Below, one piece after another: positions 1 to 9,933 of a stretch of DNA of 64,000 nucleotides. The stretch's first letter is position 1, and each line of letters opens with the position of its first letter. Both the position numbers and the translations under genes were made by a program. This DNA comes from an uncultured Acidobacteriota bacterium (GTDB taxonomy: Bacteria; Acidobacteriota; Vicinamibacteria; Vicinamibacterales; CAVVIG01), in NCBI GenBank assembly GCA_963821285.1, contig CAWGDD010000007.1:148436-212435 (forward strand), in the 5' to 3' direction. The notes beneath the pieces were generated by a model. It was given only the letters and a program-made list of their open reading frames with translations, was not told the origin of the DNA and ran no database searches.

Positions 1-754
1 GCATCAGCACCGTGGCGCACGAGCTCTGGTACTCGCCCTGCACGACCATCAGGTCCTCGTGCGTGACGTTGATCTTGACTGCCGACTGCGGACTGTCGAC
101 TGCCGACTGCTGACTGCTGACTGCTGCCTGCCGACTCTCTTCCGCCTCCCTCGCGACCGCGTTGAGCAGCGTGGCGGCCGCGTCGAGATTCATCGTGTCG
201 CCGAACTCGTACGGCTTCGGCGCGCCGGTCGTTTCGACACCGGTCGCCTGTTCGCGCGTGTCGTGCCGCCCGTAGCTGCTTTTACCGAGCGAGCCCAGCA
301 GATCGCGAAGTGCCCGGTAGCCGAGAAAGTCGAGCGTCTTGTCGGTGACTTCGAACGTGACCGGCGGCTGATCGGGACCCTGCCCGCCGCCGCGGCCGCT
401 CCGGCGCTGCCGCTCGGGTTCGAGGTCCGGCGGCATGGTGATGTAGCCCTGCTCGCCCATCCGTTCGATGATCTGCTGGATGAGCTCCTCGAGCTTCGAA
501 CGCACGTCTTCCTGATCGCCATCCGCCGGGTCGCCCAGCAGCTGCTGGATCGTCTCTTCGGGCAGCACGCCGCCGTTGAACAACGCGTCGAGGATTGCGT
601 CGTGCAGCGCCTGCATCGTCCGCTCCTCTTCGTCACGCCCGTGCGGGTTGCCGAACCCGCTCGCGAGCAGCAGGTCGGACAGCTTCGACACCAGGTCCTC
701 GAGGTCGAGGTCCTCGAGCGGGTCGCCGGTGTACTTGGAGTAGCGATATTTCAT
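1..754 (-). CDS. Partner protein of the ChlI-like AAA+ ATPase (probable VWA-domain protein), N-terminal ~251 codons; 3' end lies beyond the window
   Basis: The frame is open from ATG (752-754, minus) to the window edge, so it is absent from the ORF track. Own translation: MKYRYSKYTGDPLEDLDLEDLVSKLSDLL...VTFEVTDKTLDFLGYRALRDLLGSLGKSSYGRHDT... It lies 45 nt downstream of the ATPase gene, as in ATPase/VWA pairs. The VWA domain itself is not inside the window. Confidence 0.5.
   Translation of the reverse strand, partial: MKYRYSKYTGDPLEDLDLEDLVSKLSDLLLASGFGNPHGRDEEERTMQALHDAILDALFNGGVLPEETIQQLLGDPADGDQEDVRSKLEELIQQIIERMGEQGYITMPPDLEPERQRRSGRGGGQGPDQPPVTFEVTDKTLDFLGYRALRDLLGSLGKSSYGRHDTREQATGVETTGAPKPYEFGDTMNLDAAATLLNAVAREAEESRQAAVSSQQSAVDSPQSAVKINVTHEDLMVVQGEYQSSCATVLM
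75..137. repeat. Imperfect heptanucleotide tandem repeat, consensus CCGACTG (plus strand), 9 units, in-frame inside the CDS
   Basis: Units read ttgactg ccgactg cggactg tcgactg ccgactg ctgactg ctgactg ctgcctg ccgactc. Translated on the minus strand as SRQAAVS SQQSAVD SPQSAVK. Same unit as at 23134-23287. Confidence 0.9.
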
Positions 755-764
755 GTGATTGCGT

Positions 765-803
765 GGGGACTGGAGGCTAGGGGCTGGAGTCCCCAGCCCC
801 TAG
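765..803. repeat. 13/14-nt GGGACT(G/A)GAGGCT-type repeat forming a hairpin (ctaggggctgg / ccagcccctag) across the ATPase stop codon
   Basis: Sequence ggggactggaggctaggggctggagtccccagcccctag has an 11-bp stem with a 5-nt loop. gggactggaggct differs at 1 base from the reverse complement of the two copies at 28198-28224. Confidence 0.7.
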
Positions 804-2293
804 TTGTAATACTTCTTCTTCCCCCCGGGGACCTGAAACCCTTCGTCCATCGGCGGTTCCTCGCGGCGCGCCGTGCGGCGGGGCTGAGGCTCGGTCGCCG
901 AGTAGCCGCGCTCGTCGCTGCGGCTGATCTTCTTCTGCGCGTAGAGGCCTTCCAGGACGAAGTCGATCGCGGACGCGATGGCGGGGGCGGTGGCGCCCGC
1001 GGCGACACCGGCCCGCTCCGCCAGCTCGCGGAGGCCCTGCACGCCGTGCGACTGCGTCACGACGTCGTCGGCCGATGATACGTCGCTGAGCGGCAGCGAT
1101 CCGCCGAGGTCGAACCACTCGACGACCGTTCGCGTGTCCTGGCCCTCGAACATGCCGGTGAATACCGCGCCGACCGCCGACCGGATCAGGTCGCGCGCGA
1201 CCTGCTCCGCACCGCGCAGTTCGCCCTCGTACTCGAGCTCGAACTTGCCGGTAATCGACGGGAGCGCCGCCGCGACGTCGGTCACGCGCGGCACGACGAC
1301 CGTCTCGCCGTTCGAGAGCGCCCGCCGTTCGGCGTTCGACACGACGAGCTCGAGCGTGGTGATGGGCAGACGCTGGCTGACACCCGACCGCTTGTCGATC
1401 TTGCGATCGGCGCGGGCCTGGAACGCCACCTCCTCGACCACCTCGCGGACGTAGCCGGGAATTTCGACGCGCAGGCCGCCGGTCCGCTCGGTCCACGCTT
1501 CCTGTCTGGTGATGGCCATCGCGTTGTGGCGCGTCGCCGGGTAGTGCGTGCGGATTTCAGACCCGATGCGGTCCTTGAGCGGCGTGATGATCTTGCCGCG
1601 CGCCGTGTAGTCCTCGGGGTTGGCCGTGAACACGAGCATCACGTCGAGTTTCAGGCGAATCGGGTAGCCTTTGATCTGGACGTCGCCTTCCTGCAGGATG
1701 TTGAACAGGCCGACCTGGATCTTGCCTGCCAGATCGGGCAGTTCGTTGATGGCGAAGATGCCCCGGTTCGCACGGGGGAGCAGGCCGTAGTGCATCGTGA
1801 GCTCGTCGGAGAGGTTCAGGCCGGCTTGCGCGGCCTTGATCGGATCGATGTCGCCGACCATGTCGGCGATCGTCACGTCCGGCGTCGCGAGCTTCTCCAC
1901 GTAGCGCGCCTCGCGGGGCAGCCAGGCGATGGGCATCGCGTCGCCTTCGCGGGCCACCCGCGCGCGGCACGCCGCGCAGAGCGGCGCCAGCGGGTCGTCG
2001 TGGATTTCGCACCCCGGTACCACCGGAATCTGTTCGTCCAGCAGATCGACCAGACCGCGCAGGATGCGGCTCTTGGCCTGGCCGCGCAGTCCCAGGAGGA
2101 TGAAGTTGTGCCGCGACAGGATCGCGTTGACGAGCTGAGGGATGACCGTGTCGTCGTAACCGATGATGCCGGGGAACAGCGTGTCGCCGTTCTGCAGCTT
2201 GCGCATGAGGTTGTCGCGGATTTCCTGCTTCACCGATCGCTTGGGCAGGCGCGCCTGTCGAAGCTCGCCGAGGGTCGCAATTGTGGCCGCCAT
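800..2293 (-). CDS. AAA+ ATPase, Mg-chelatase subunit I (ChlI/BchI)-like
   Basis: 497-aa ORF. Walker A-like GLRGQAKSR, Walker B region [11 protein letters not shown], and ChlI-like blocks [34 protein letters not shown]. Confidence 0.8.
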   Translation of the reverse strand: MAATIATLGELRQARLPKRSVKQEIRDNLMRKLQNGDTLFPGIIGYDDTVIPQLVNAILSRHNFILLGLRGQAKSRILRGLVDLLDEQIPVVPGCEIHDDPLAPLCAACRARVAREGDAMPIAWLPREARYVEKLATPDVTIADMVGDIDPIKAAQAGLNLSDELTMHYGLLPRANRGIFAINELPDLAGKIQVGLFNILQEGDVQIKGYPIRLKLDVMLVFTANPEDYTARGKIITPLKDRIGSEIRTHYPATRHNAMAITRQEAWTERTGGLRVEIPGYVREVVEEVAFQARADRKIDKRSGVSQRLPITTLELVVSNAERRALSNGETVVVPRVTDVAAALPSITGKFELEYEGELRGAEQVARDLIRSAVGAVFTGMFEGQDTRTVVEWFDLGGSLPLSDVSSADDVVTQSHGVQGLRELAERAGVAAGATAPAIASAIDFVLEGLYAQKKISRSDERGYSATEPQPRRTARREEPPMDEGFQVPGGKKKYYN

Positions 2294-3122
2294 GGGTCGA
2301 TTCTATCCGAACTGGTGCCTCGTGGCTGACGCGCAGCATCCGTTCTTTGCCGCGTCCCGCCCGCTCGTCTTCGCGCATCGCGGCGGAGGCGGGCTCGGCC
2401 CGGAGAACACCATCACGGCGTTTGACACGGCCGTGGCCCTCGGTGCCGACGGCGTCGAGCTCGACGTGCGCCTGTCGAAGGACGGCGTGGTCGTCGTGCA
2501 CCACGATGCGTCGCTCGATCGCACGACGAACACCCGCGGCGGCGTCGACGCGCTCGATGCCGACGAGCTGGCGCGCGTGGACGCCGGCTACTATTTCCGG
2601 CGCGGCTCCAGCTACCCCTACAGGGCGCAGGGCATCGGCGTGCCGACGCTCGCGGCCGTACTTGCGCGCGTCCGCGACGCCCGCGTCATCGTCGAGCTGA
2701 AGCTGAACGCCCCCGAGCTGGCGGCCCTGGCGCTGGACGTCGTGCGGCGGGCCGACGCGGTGGACCGCGTCTGTTTCGGATCGTTCGGCCGGCGCGTCCT
2801 GCGCGCCGCCCGGGCGGCGGAGCCGGCGCTCGCGACGAGCGCGGCGCGCGAGGAAGTCCGCTGGGCGCTCTACCGGTCCTGGTGCCGATGGCCGCATCGC
2901 CGGCCGGCCTACGCGGGCTTCCAGGTGCCCGAGTGGTCGGGCCGCACGCGCGTCGTGTCCCGCCCGTTCGTTGACGCTGCGCATCGGGCCGGCCTCGGCG
3001 TCCAGGTGTGGACCGTTGATACCGAAGACGTCGCCCGCCGGCTGCTCGGCCTGGGCGTCGACGCCCTCATCACCGATCGCCCTGACGTCATCGTTCCCCT
3101 CGTTCGAGGGCTCCGTTCGTAG
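2292..3122 (+). CDS. Glycerophosphodiester phosphodiesterase (GDPD family)
   Basis: From internal Met 44 of ORF 2163..3122: [47 protein letters not shown] (GDPD HR...EN...E.D signature). Its start codon is back-to-back with the ATPase start (ccATGg). Confidence 0.8.
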   Translation: MGRFYPNWCLVADAQHPFFAASRPLVFAHRGGGGLGPENTITAFDTAVALGADGVELDVRLSKDGVVVVHHDASLDRTTNTRGGVDALDADELARVDAGYYFRRGSSYPYRAQGIGVPTLAAVLARVRDARVIVELKLNAPELAALALDVVRRADAVDRVCFGSFGRRVLRAARAAEPALATSAAREEVRWALYRSWCRWPHRRPAYAGFQVPEWSGRTRVVSRPFVDAAHRAGLGVQVWTVDTEDVARRLLGLGVDALITDRPDVIVPLVRGLRS

Positions 3123-3150
3123 GACCGGACCCCTCGGACCCCTCGGACCT
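3123..3150. repeat. 9-nt tandem repeat (cggacccct x ~3) immediately after the GDPD stop
   Basis: gaccggacccctcggacccctcggacc. Related to the 9-mers at 5022-5068 and 46563-46616. Confidence 0.7.
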
Positions 3151-3218
3151 GTGTTTGTGGTGTGCGATGTCACCGTCTGGTGACTTGCGTGGCGCGGCGA
3201 CCCGATCAATCGTGGCGA

Positions 3219-4188
3219 ATGCAGCCCCCGAGCCTTGACGATGTGCGCGCGGCGTGCGCGCGCGTCTACCCGTTCATCCAACCCACCCCGCTCATGCGGC
3301 ACCCGCTGCTTGAGGCCGAATCCGGGTTGGATCTGCTGGTCAAGCACGAGAACCACAACCCGACCGGCTCGTTCAAGGTCCGCGGCGGCCTGAACCTCGT
3401 CGGACAGCTCTCGCAGGACGAGCGCCGTCGCGGCGTCATCTCCGCGACGACGGGCAATCATGGCCAGTCGATCGCGCTGGCCTGCCAGCGCGAGGGAGTG
3501 ACCGTGCACGATCGTCACGCCCGTGGGCAACAACCCCGAAAAGAACGCCGCCATGCGGGCGTACGGAGCCGACGTCCTCGAGTACGGCCGCGACTTCGAC
3601 GAAGCCCGTGAGCGCGTCGAACAGCTGCAGGCCGAGCGCGGCCTGCGCTATGTGCACTCGGCGAATGAACCGTTGCTCATTGCGGGGGTGGGCACGCTGG
3701 CGCTCGAGTTGTTCGACGCACAGCCGGGTATCGACGTCGTCCTCGTGCCAATCGGCGGCGGGAGCAACGCCTGCGGCTGCTGCATTGTCCGCACGGGGCT
3801 TGGCAGCCGCGCGCAGATCATCGGCGTGCAGGCCGAGGGCTCCGACGCCTTTGCGCGATCGTGGCGCACGGGCTCACGCGTGGTGGGGGAGCGGGCTGCG
3901 ACGTTCGCCGAAGGCCTGGCCACGCGGGTCACCTTCGACCTGACGTTCGAGATCCTTCGGAAGGGACTCGACGACGTGGTGACGCTGACGGAGGCGGAAC
4001 TGGCCGATGGCGTGCGGCTTGCCCTGCGCACCACGCATAATCTGGCCGAAGGCGCCGGCGCCGCGCCGCTCGCCGCTGCGATGAAGCTGCGCGATCGGCT
4101 GGCCGGCCGGCGAGTCGCCTGCGTGATGAGCGGCGGCAACATTGACGCCGCCACGCTCCGCCGCGTGCTCGGAGATCACAACGGTTAA
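3219..4188 (+). pseudogene. PLP-dependent threonine/serine dehydratase, disrupted as assembled by a +1 frameshift near 3502
   Basis: Frame 1 reads ...HENHNPTGSFKVRGGLN...ATTGNHGQSIALACQREGVT. Frame 2 continues CTIVTPVGNNPEKNAAMRAYGADV...SGGNID. Removing one C from gaCCgtg restores REGVTCTIVTPVGNNPEK. Confidence 0.8.
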
Positions 4189-4268
4189 CACAGAGCACGC
4201 GGAGCACACAGAGTCCTGGGATGGATTTCTTGCCAGGAGAACTCGGCGTGCTCTGTGTGCTCTGTGTT
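4187..4268. terminator. ~80-nt imperfect hairpin built from CACAGAGCAC-type repeats between convergent genes
   Basis: aacacagagca(4187-4197) pairs with tgctctgtgtt(4258-4268). Inner pairs are gagcacacagag/ctctgtgtgctc and tcctgg/ccagga. It lies between the dehydratase stop (4188) and the TonB stop (4280). No U-tract. Confidence 0.45.
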
Positions 4269-4279
4269 GTACGTCAGGG

Positions 4280-4918
4280 TTACTGTGACAGCTGGAAGTT
4301 GACCGTCACCGTCATGATCACCGGCACCGCGATGCCGTTCAGCAGCGTCGGCGTGAACCTCCACCGGCGGACTGCGTCGAGCGCCGCCGCATCGAGCAGC
4401 GGAATGGACCGCAGCACGACGGCCGACTCCACGTTCCCGCGGGTGTCGATCGTTGCCTCGATGATGACGACGCCCTGCACGTGCGACGCGCGTGCGAGTT
4501 GGGGATACTGTGGCGCGACGTGAACAAGCTTTGACGGAGGCCGAACCAGGCCGCCCGGCCTGATTGGTTCCTGCGGCCGTGGCGGAGGAGGCGCTGGCAA
4601 TGCGTCCGGAACGCCGACGCCGTCGATCGCTCCCGTGCCCGACGTTTCGATGCCCGACACCAGCGGACCGGCGACAGCGCCGTCTCGCGCCGAGTCCGGT
4701 GCGACGCCCGTCGGCGCGACGAGCGGCGCGAGCTCCGGCGAGGCCGCTGAGGCTGGCGCGGGCGGGCCAGCCCCACGCGTGCGCGGCGCCCGTGGCAGCT
4801 CGATGTCCTGCAGAGTGGCCAGCCGTGGGCTCTCGGTGAATGCGAGCACTTCGCGCGGCATCGGCCAGTTGGCGATTGGCGACCACCAGGGCGCCGTGCC
4901 GAGCAGCCCCAGCACCAC
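4280..4918 (-). CDS. TonB-family energy transducer (Pro-rich linker plus TonB C-terminal domain)
   Basis: C-terminus reads VHVAPQYPQLARASHVQGVVIIEATIDTRGNVESAVVLRSIPLLDAAALDAVRRWRFTPTLLNG, preceded by a proline-rich spacer. The N-terminus may really begin at MRRKPSVLL (4967) and join through a further +1 indel near 4940. Confidence 0.75.
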   Translation of the reverse strand: MVLGLLGTAPWWSPIANWPMPREVLAFTESPRLATLQDIELPRAPRTRGAGPPAPASAASPELAPLVAPTGVAPDSARDGAVAGPLVSGIETSGTGAIDGVGVPDALPAPPPPRPQEPIRPGGLVRPPSKLVHVAPQYPQLARASHVQGVVIIEATIDTRGNVESAVVLRSIPLLDAAALDAVRRWRFTPTLLNGIAVPVIMTVTVNFQLSQ

Positions 4919-5018
4919 CGCATGAACGGAGATCGAGAATCAGGAGGACCGATGGCTTTCGTCGCATGGCCAACCTCCGTGTAGAGAGTTGGACCCCACG
5001 CGTGCGCGAATGTTCCCC

Positions 5019-5738
5019 CTACCGAACCTCTGGAACTTCCGGAACCCCTGGAACCTCTAGAACCTCTCGAGCCTTCTTGAACACGTCGCCCAGCATGTCG
5101 GCCGTGAGCTTGCCCGTGTTCGTGTTCTGCCGGCTCGGGTGATAGCAGCCGAAGAGCATCTGTCCGTTCGGCAGGCGATGTCCGACGCCGTGACCGAACG
5201 TGGGACGGGGCTTCAGCACGACGCCGTTCCGCTTGAGCAGCTGCAGGTACGCGTCGAACGCAATCTTCCCGAGCGCGACCACGACCGAGACGCGCGGCAG
5301 CGCGGCGAGCTCCGCGCCGAGATGCGGAAGGCAGCGGGCGATTTCTTCCGGCGTCGGCTTGTTGTCGGGCGGCGCGCAGCGAACCGCCGCCGCGATGAAC
5401 GCATCGTGCAACGTGAGCCCATCGTCGGGGTGCTGCGACGTGCGGATGTTGGCGAAGCCCGCATCGCACAAGCCCGCCATCAGGAAATCGCCCGATCCGC
5501 CGACACCGTCGCCGGTGAACACGCGGCCCGTGCGGTTGGCGCCGTGCGCGGCCGGCGCCAGGCCAACGACGAGCAGCCGCGCGCGTGGATCGCCGAACCC
5601 CGGAACCGGCTTCGCCCAGTACGTGTCGTCGCGGAACGCGCGCCGTTTCTCGATCCCGATGCGCCGGCAGTACGCGCGCAGCCGCGGGCACAACTCGCAG
5701 GACACGATCGCCTCGGAGACATCGGTCAACGTCGTCAT
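5019..5738 (-). CDS. Uracil-DNA glycosylase superfamily protein, family 5 (UdgB)/family 4-like, Fe-S type
   Basis: CELCPRL..., GLAPAAHGANRTGRVFTGD, HPSRQN motifs. The C-terminal tail EVLEVPGVPEVPEVR is encoded by the 9-nt repeat. Confidence 0.75.
   Translation of the reverse strand: MTTLTDVSEAIVSCELCPRLRAYCRRIGIEKRRAFRDDTYWAKPVPGFGDPRARLLVVGLAPAAHGANRTGRVFTGDGVGGSGDFLMAGLCDAGFANIRTSQHPDDGLTLHDAFIAAAVRCAPPDNKPTPEEIARCLPHLGAELAALPRVSVVVALGKIAFDAYLQLLKRNGVVLKPRPTFGHGVGHRLPNGQMLFGCYHPSRQNTNTGKLTADMLGDVFKKAREVLEVPGVPEVPEVR
5022..5068. repeat. 9-nt tandem repeat (GGAACCTCT-like, ~5 units) forming the 3' end of the UDG gene
   Basis: ccgaacctc tggaacttc cggaacccc tggaacctc tagaacctc. Confidence 0.8.
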
Positions 5739-5916
5739 GTCCGCTGCCTCGTGCAGTCAGACGCGACAGTTCGGAGTGGAACAGGTGACAGCACGACAAA
5801 AATGAAGGACCGCGAGCAACGCCGCATTGTTCCCTTTTCTCGAACGGAGGTTACAATAAACACAGACCTACAGGTCGAGTGACCGCGAGCCGACACTTCC
5901 GAAAGGAACGCACTTC

Positions 5917-8593
5917 GTGCGACACATTTCCCCCAAAGACGCGGCCGATCTCGACGCGACCGAAACACGCGAATGGCTCGATTCCGTTGATTATGTCCTG
6001 CAGAGCGGCGGCCCCGCCAAGGTCGCCCGCCTGCTCCGCGAGCTGACCCAGTACGCCCGGCAGCACGGCGTCAAGCTTCCGTTCACCGCCAACACGCCCT
6101 ACGTCAACACGATTCCGGCCGACGAACAGGCGCTCATGCCGGGCAGCCCCGACGTCGAGCGCCGCATCAAGAGCCTCGTCCGCTGGAACGCCGCCGCGAT
6201 GGTCGTGCGCGCGAACAAGGCGTCGGAAGGAATCGGCGGCCACATCTCGACGTATGCCTCGGCCGCGACGCTGTACGAAGTCGGCTTCAACCACTTCTTC
6301 CGCGGACACGCCTCCGGCGACCCGGATGTGATCTTCTTTCAGGGCCACGCGGCGCCGGGCATCTACGCGCGCGCGTACCTCGAAGGGCGGCTCGACGAAA
6401 CACATCTCGTGAACTTCCGCCGCGAGCTCAAAGACGGCGGCGGCCTTTCGTCGTATCCGCATCCCTGGCTGATGCCCGACTTCTGGGACTATCCGAGCGT
6501 CTCGATGGGGCTGAGCCCCATCATGGCGATCTACCAGGCGCGCTTCATCCGCTACCTCGAGGATCGCGGGCTGAAGGCGAAGTCCGAGACCAAGGTGTGG
6601 GCGTTCCTGGGCGACGGCGAGACCGACGAGCCCGAGTCGCTCGGCGCCATCACGCTGCCCGCGCGCGAGAAGCTCGACAACCTCATCTTCGTCATCAACT
6701 GCAACCTCCAGCGCCTCGACGGCCCCGTTCGCGGCAACGGCCAGATCATCCAGGAACTCGAAGCCGCGTTCCGCGGCGCCGGATGGAACGTGATCAAGGT
6801 CCTCTGGGGACGCGAATGGGATGTGTTGCTCGCGAAGGATCGCGACGGCCTCCTCGTCAAGCGCATGGGCGACATCGTCGACGGCCAGTATCAGAAGTAC
6901 GCCGTCGAATCCGGCGCGTATCTACGCGAGCACTTCTGGGGCGTCGATCCGCGGCTGCTCGAGATGGTCAAGCACCTGAGCGACGACCAGCTCAAGAAGA
7001 TGACCCTCGGCGGCCACGATCCGGTGAAGGTGTACAACGCCTTCAAGGCTGCCGTGGAACACAAGGGCGCGCCGACCGTCATCCTCGCCCGGACCATCAA
7101 GGGCTACGGCCTCGGCGAAGCCGGTGAGGGCAAGAACATCACGCACCAGCAGAAGAAGCTGAACGAAGACGAGCTTCGCGCCTTTCGTACACGCTTCGGC
7201 GTGCCCATCTCCGACGCCGACATCGGCCACACCCCGTTCTACCGTCCCGCAGAAGACAGCATCGAAACCCGTTACATGCGCGAGCGCCGCACGGCGCTCG
7301 GCGGGTTCGTGCCCGCGCGCAAGGTCCGCAGCGAGGTCGTGCCGGTTCCGGCGCACGAACAGTTCGAGGAGTTCTTCAAGGGCACCGAAGGCCGCAAGGC
7401 CTCGACCACGATGGTGTTCGTGCGGTTGCTGAGCAAGCTCCTGCGCGACAAGGACATCGGCCGGTTGATCGTGCCGATCGTGCCGGACGAGGCGCGCACC
7501 TTCGGCATGGAGGCGCTGTTTCGAGCCGTCGGCATCTACTCCCACGCCGGGCAGGTGTACGAGCCCGTCGACATGGACACGCTCCTGTACTACAAGGAAG
7601 CCTCGGACGGGCAGATTCTCGAGGAAGGCATCAATGAAGCCGGCGCGATGTCGTCCTTCATTGCCGCGGGCACGGCGTACGCCACGCACGGCGTGAACAC
7701 GATTCCCTTCTTCATCTACTACTCGATGTTCGGCTTTCAGCGGATCGGCGACCTGATCTGGGCCGCCGCCGACTCGCGCACGCGAGGTTTCCTCCTCGGC
7801 GGGACCGCCGGGCGCACCACCCTGGCCGGCGAGGGTCTCCAGCACCAGGACGGCAACAGCCAGCTCTTCGCCCTCGCGTACCCGAATTGCCTGCCGTACG
7901 ACCCGGCGTATGCGTACGAGATGGCGGTCATCATCGAAGACGGCATCCGCCGGATGTACGTCGATCAGGAAAGCGTCTTCTACTACCTGACGGTGATGAA
8001 CGAGCAGTACCGAGATGCCGCCGATGCCGGACGGCGCGCGTGAGGGCATCCTGAAGGGGCTGTACCGCTTCCGCGCCACGTCCACGCCGAAGGCGACGCT
8101 CCGGGCGCAGCTCTTCGGCAGCGGTGCCATCCTGCCCGAAGTGGTCAAGGCGCAGGCCCTCCTCGAATCCGACTACGGCGTCGGCGCCGACGTGTGGAGC
8201 ATCACCAGCTTCGTGCAGCTGTACCGCGACGGCTTCACGGCCGACCGCTGGAATATGCTGCACCCGGGCGAGACGCCGCGCGTGCCGTACGTGACGCAAT
8301 GCGTGAAGGACGCGCCCGGCGTCTTCGTCGCCGCCTCGGACTACGTCAAGGCGCTGCCGCACGCGATCGATCGCTGGCTGCCGCGCCCGCTCGAGACGCT
8401 CGGCACGGACGGCTTCGGCCGCAGCGAGAGCCGCGAGAGCCTGCGAGACTTCTTCGAAGTCGATGCCCGCTACATCGTCGTCGCCACGCTTGGCGCGCTG
8501 GCCCGCGACGGACAGCTCGATGTCGCCGTTGTGCAGAAGGCCATCAAGAGCCTGGGCATCAACCCCGACAAACTGAATCCGGCGGTGTCGTAG
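5917..8593 (+). pseudogene. aceE: Pyruvate dehydrogenase E1 component (homodimeric AceE type), disrupted as assembled by a +1 frameshift at 8011-8014
   Basis: ORF 5917..8043 plus ORF 8015..8593. The junction NEQY|(c)|[18 protein letters not shown] resembles my recollection of AceE. Four bases (cgag) separate tac from atg. Confidence 0.9.
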
Positions 8594-9933
8594 TGGCGGA
8601 TCTCACCCTGCCCGAACTGGGCGAAAACATCACCGCCGGTGATGTGCTCAACGTGCTGGTGAAGGTCGGCGACACGCTGGCCAAGGATCAGCCCGTTCTC
8701 GAACTCGAGACCGACAAGGCGACGATCGAAGTGCCTTCCTCCGTCGCGGGCACGGTCACCGCCATCAAGGTGAAGGCGGGCGACAAGGTCAAGGTCGGAC
8801 AAGCGATCCTGACCCTCGCGGACAACGGCGCCGCCGCGGTCGCGCCGGCGCCCGCCGCACCGCCACCCGCGCCTGCTGCGGTCGTCGCGCCGCCAACGCG
8901 AAGCGAAGGTGCCCCCACACTCGTCCGGTCTCGCGATGCGGAGCGGGGCGAAGGGGCCACCAATGTGATCGATATCGCGCGGGGCCCGCGGCACGTCGTG
9001 GCATCCGTCTCCGACGCGGCGTCCGCGCCTGCCGCGCCCTCGGTCCGCCGCATGGCGCGAGAACTGGGCGTCGACATCAACCAGGTCCCCGGCTCGGGCG
9101 ACGCCGGCCGGATCTCGATCGAGGATGTGAAGGAGCACGCCAAGCGCCTCATCACGGCGGCGGCCTCGTCTCCAGCGGGGAGCGTTGCGCCGCGGCCCGT
9201 GGGCGAGCCGCTGCCGGATTTCAGCCGGTGGGGCGCCATCGAGCGTCAGCCGATGCGCGGCATCCGCAAGAAGACGGCCGAGCACCTCGGCGCGTCGTGG
9301 GCGACCATCCCGCTCGTGACGCAGTACGACCTGGCCGATATCACCGGGTTCGAAGAAATCCGGAAGCGGCACACGAAGCAGGGCGGCGCCGGGGCGGCGC
9401 CGCTGACGGTGACGACGCTCGCGGTCAAGATTGTCGCCGCGGCGCTCAGGCAGTTTCCGCAGTTCAACGTGTCCATCGACATGGCCGCCGAGGAGATCAT
9501 CGTCAAGAAATACGTCCACATCGGCGTGGCGGTCGATACCGATCGCGGTCTGCTCGTGCCCGTTGTCCGTGACGCCGACACGAAAAGCCTGATGCAGATT
9601 TCCGAGGAGGTGGCGGCGCTGGCCGAGAAGGCGCGCAGCCGGAAGCTTTCGCTCGACGAGATGCAGGGCGGCACCTTCAGCCTCTCCAATCTGGGGGGCA
9701 TCGGCGGGACCTCGTTTACACCGCTCGTCAACGCGCCGGAAGTCGCGATTCTTGGGATTTCGCGCGCGCGCATGGAGCCGGTGTTCAAGGACGGACAGTT
9801 CATCCCGCGACTGATGCTTCCGCTGTCGCTGTCGTACGACCATCGCGCCATCGACGGCGCTGACGGTGCGCGATTCCTGCGCTGGGTCGCCGACGTCTTC
9901 GAGCAGCCGTTCCTGCTCTCGCTTCAGGGATGA
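8593..9933 (+). CDS. aceF: Dihydrolipoamide acetyltransferase E2 (one lipoyl domain, E3-binding domain, catalytic domain)
   Basis: A GTG start overlaps the aceE TAG by 1 nt. LELETDKATIEVPS lipoyl motif, PSVRRMARELGVDINQV E3-binding motif, SLSYDHRAIDGADGARFL catalytic motif. Confidence 0.9.
   Translation: MADLTLPELGENITAGDVLNVLVKVGDTLAKDQPVLELETDKATIEVPSSVAGTVTAIKVKAGDKVKVGQAILTLADNGAAAVAPAPAAPPPAPAAVVAPPTRSEGAPTLVRSRDAERGEGATNVIDIARGPRHVVASVSDAASAPAAPSVRRMARELGVDINQVPGSGDAGRISIEDVKEHAKRLITAAASSPAGSVAPRPVGEPLPDFSRWGAIERQPMRGIRKKTAEHLGASWATIPLVTQYDLADITGFEEIRKRHTKQGGAGAAPLTVTTLAVKIVAAALRQFPQFNVSIDMAAEEIIVKKYVHIGVAVDTDRGLLVPVVRDADTKSLMQISEEVAALAEKARSRKLSLDEMQGGTFSLSNLGGIGGTSFTPLVNAPEVAILGISRARMEPVFKDGQFIPRLMLPLSLSYDHRAIDGADGARFLRWVADVFEQPFLLSLQG

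Noticed and set aside
2291-2294. Back-to-back divergent start codons sharing ccATGg (also ccATGc at 43709-43712, and overlapping starts at 25221/25234) as a special regulatory device.
   Set aside because: Alternative downstream starts exist for at least one partner in each pair, so the observation may only reflect start-codon uncertainty.
1557-3554. Very long ORFs that look like genes by length alone (1557..3554-, 59..1078+, 4339..5799-, 16013..17590-, 37773..39473-, 55143..56396-, 60734..62896+, 60852..62684-).
   Set aside because: All are antisense to, or out of frame with, ORFs that carry clear family motifs. Their translations are Arg/Ala/Pro/Gly-rich strings typical of shadow frames in high-GC DNA.
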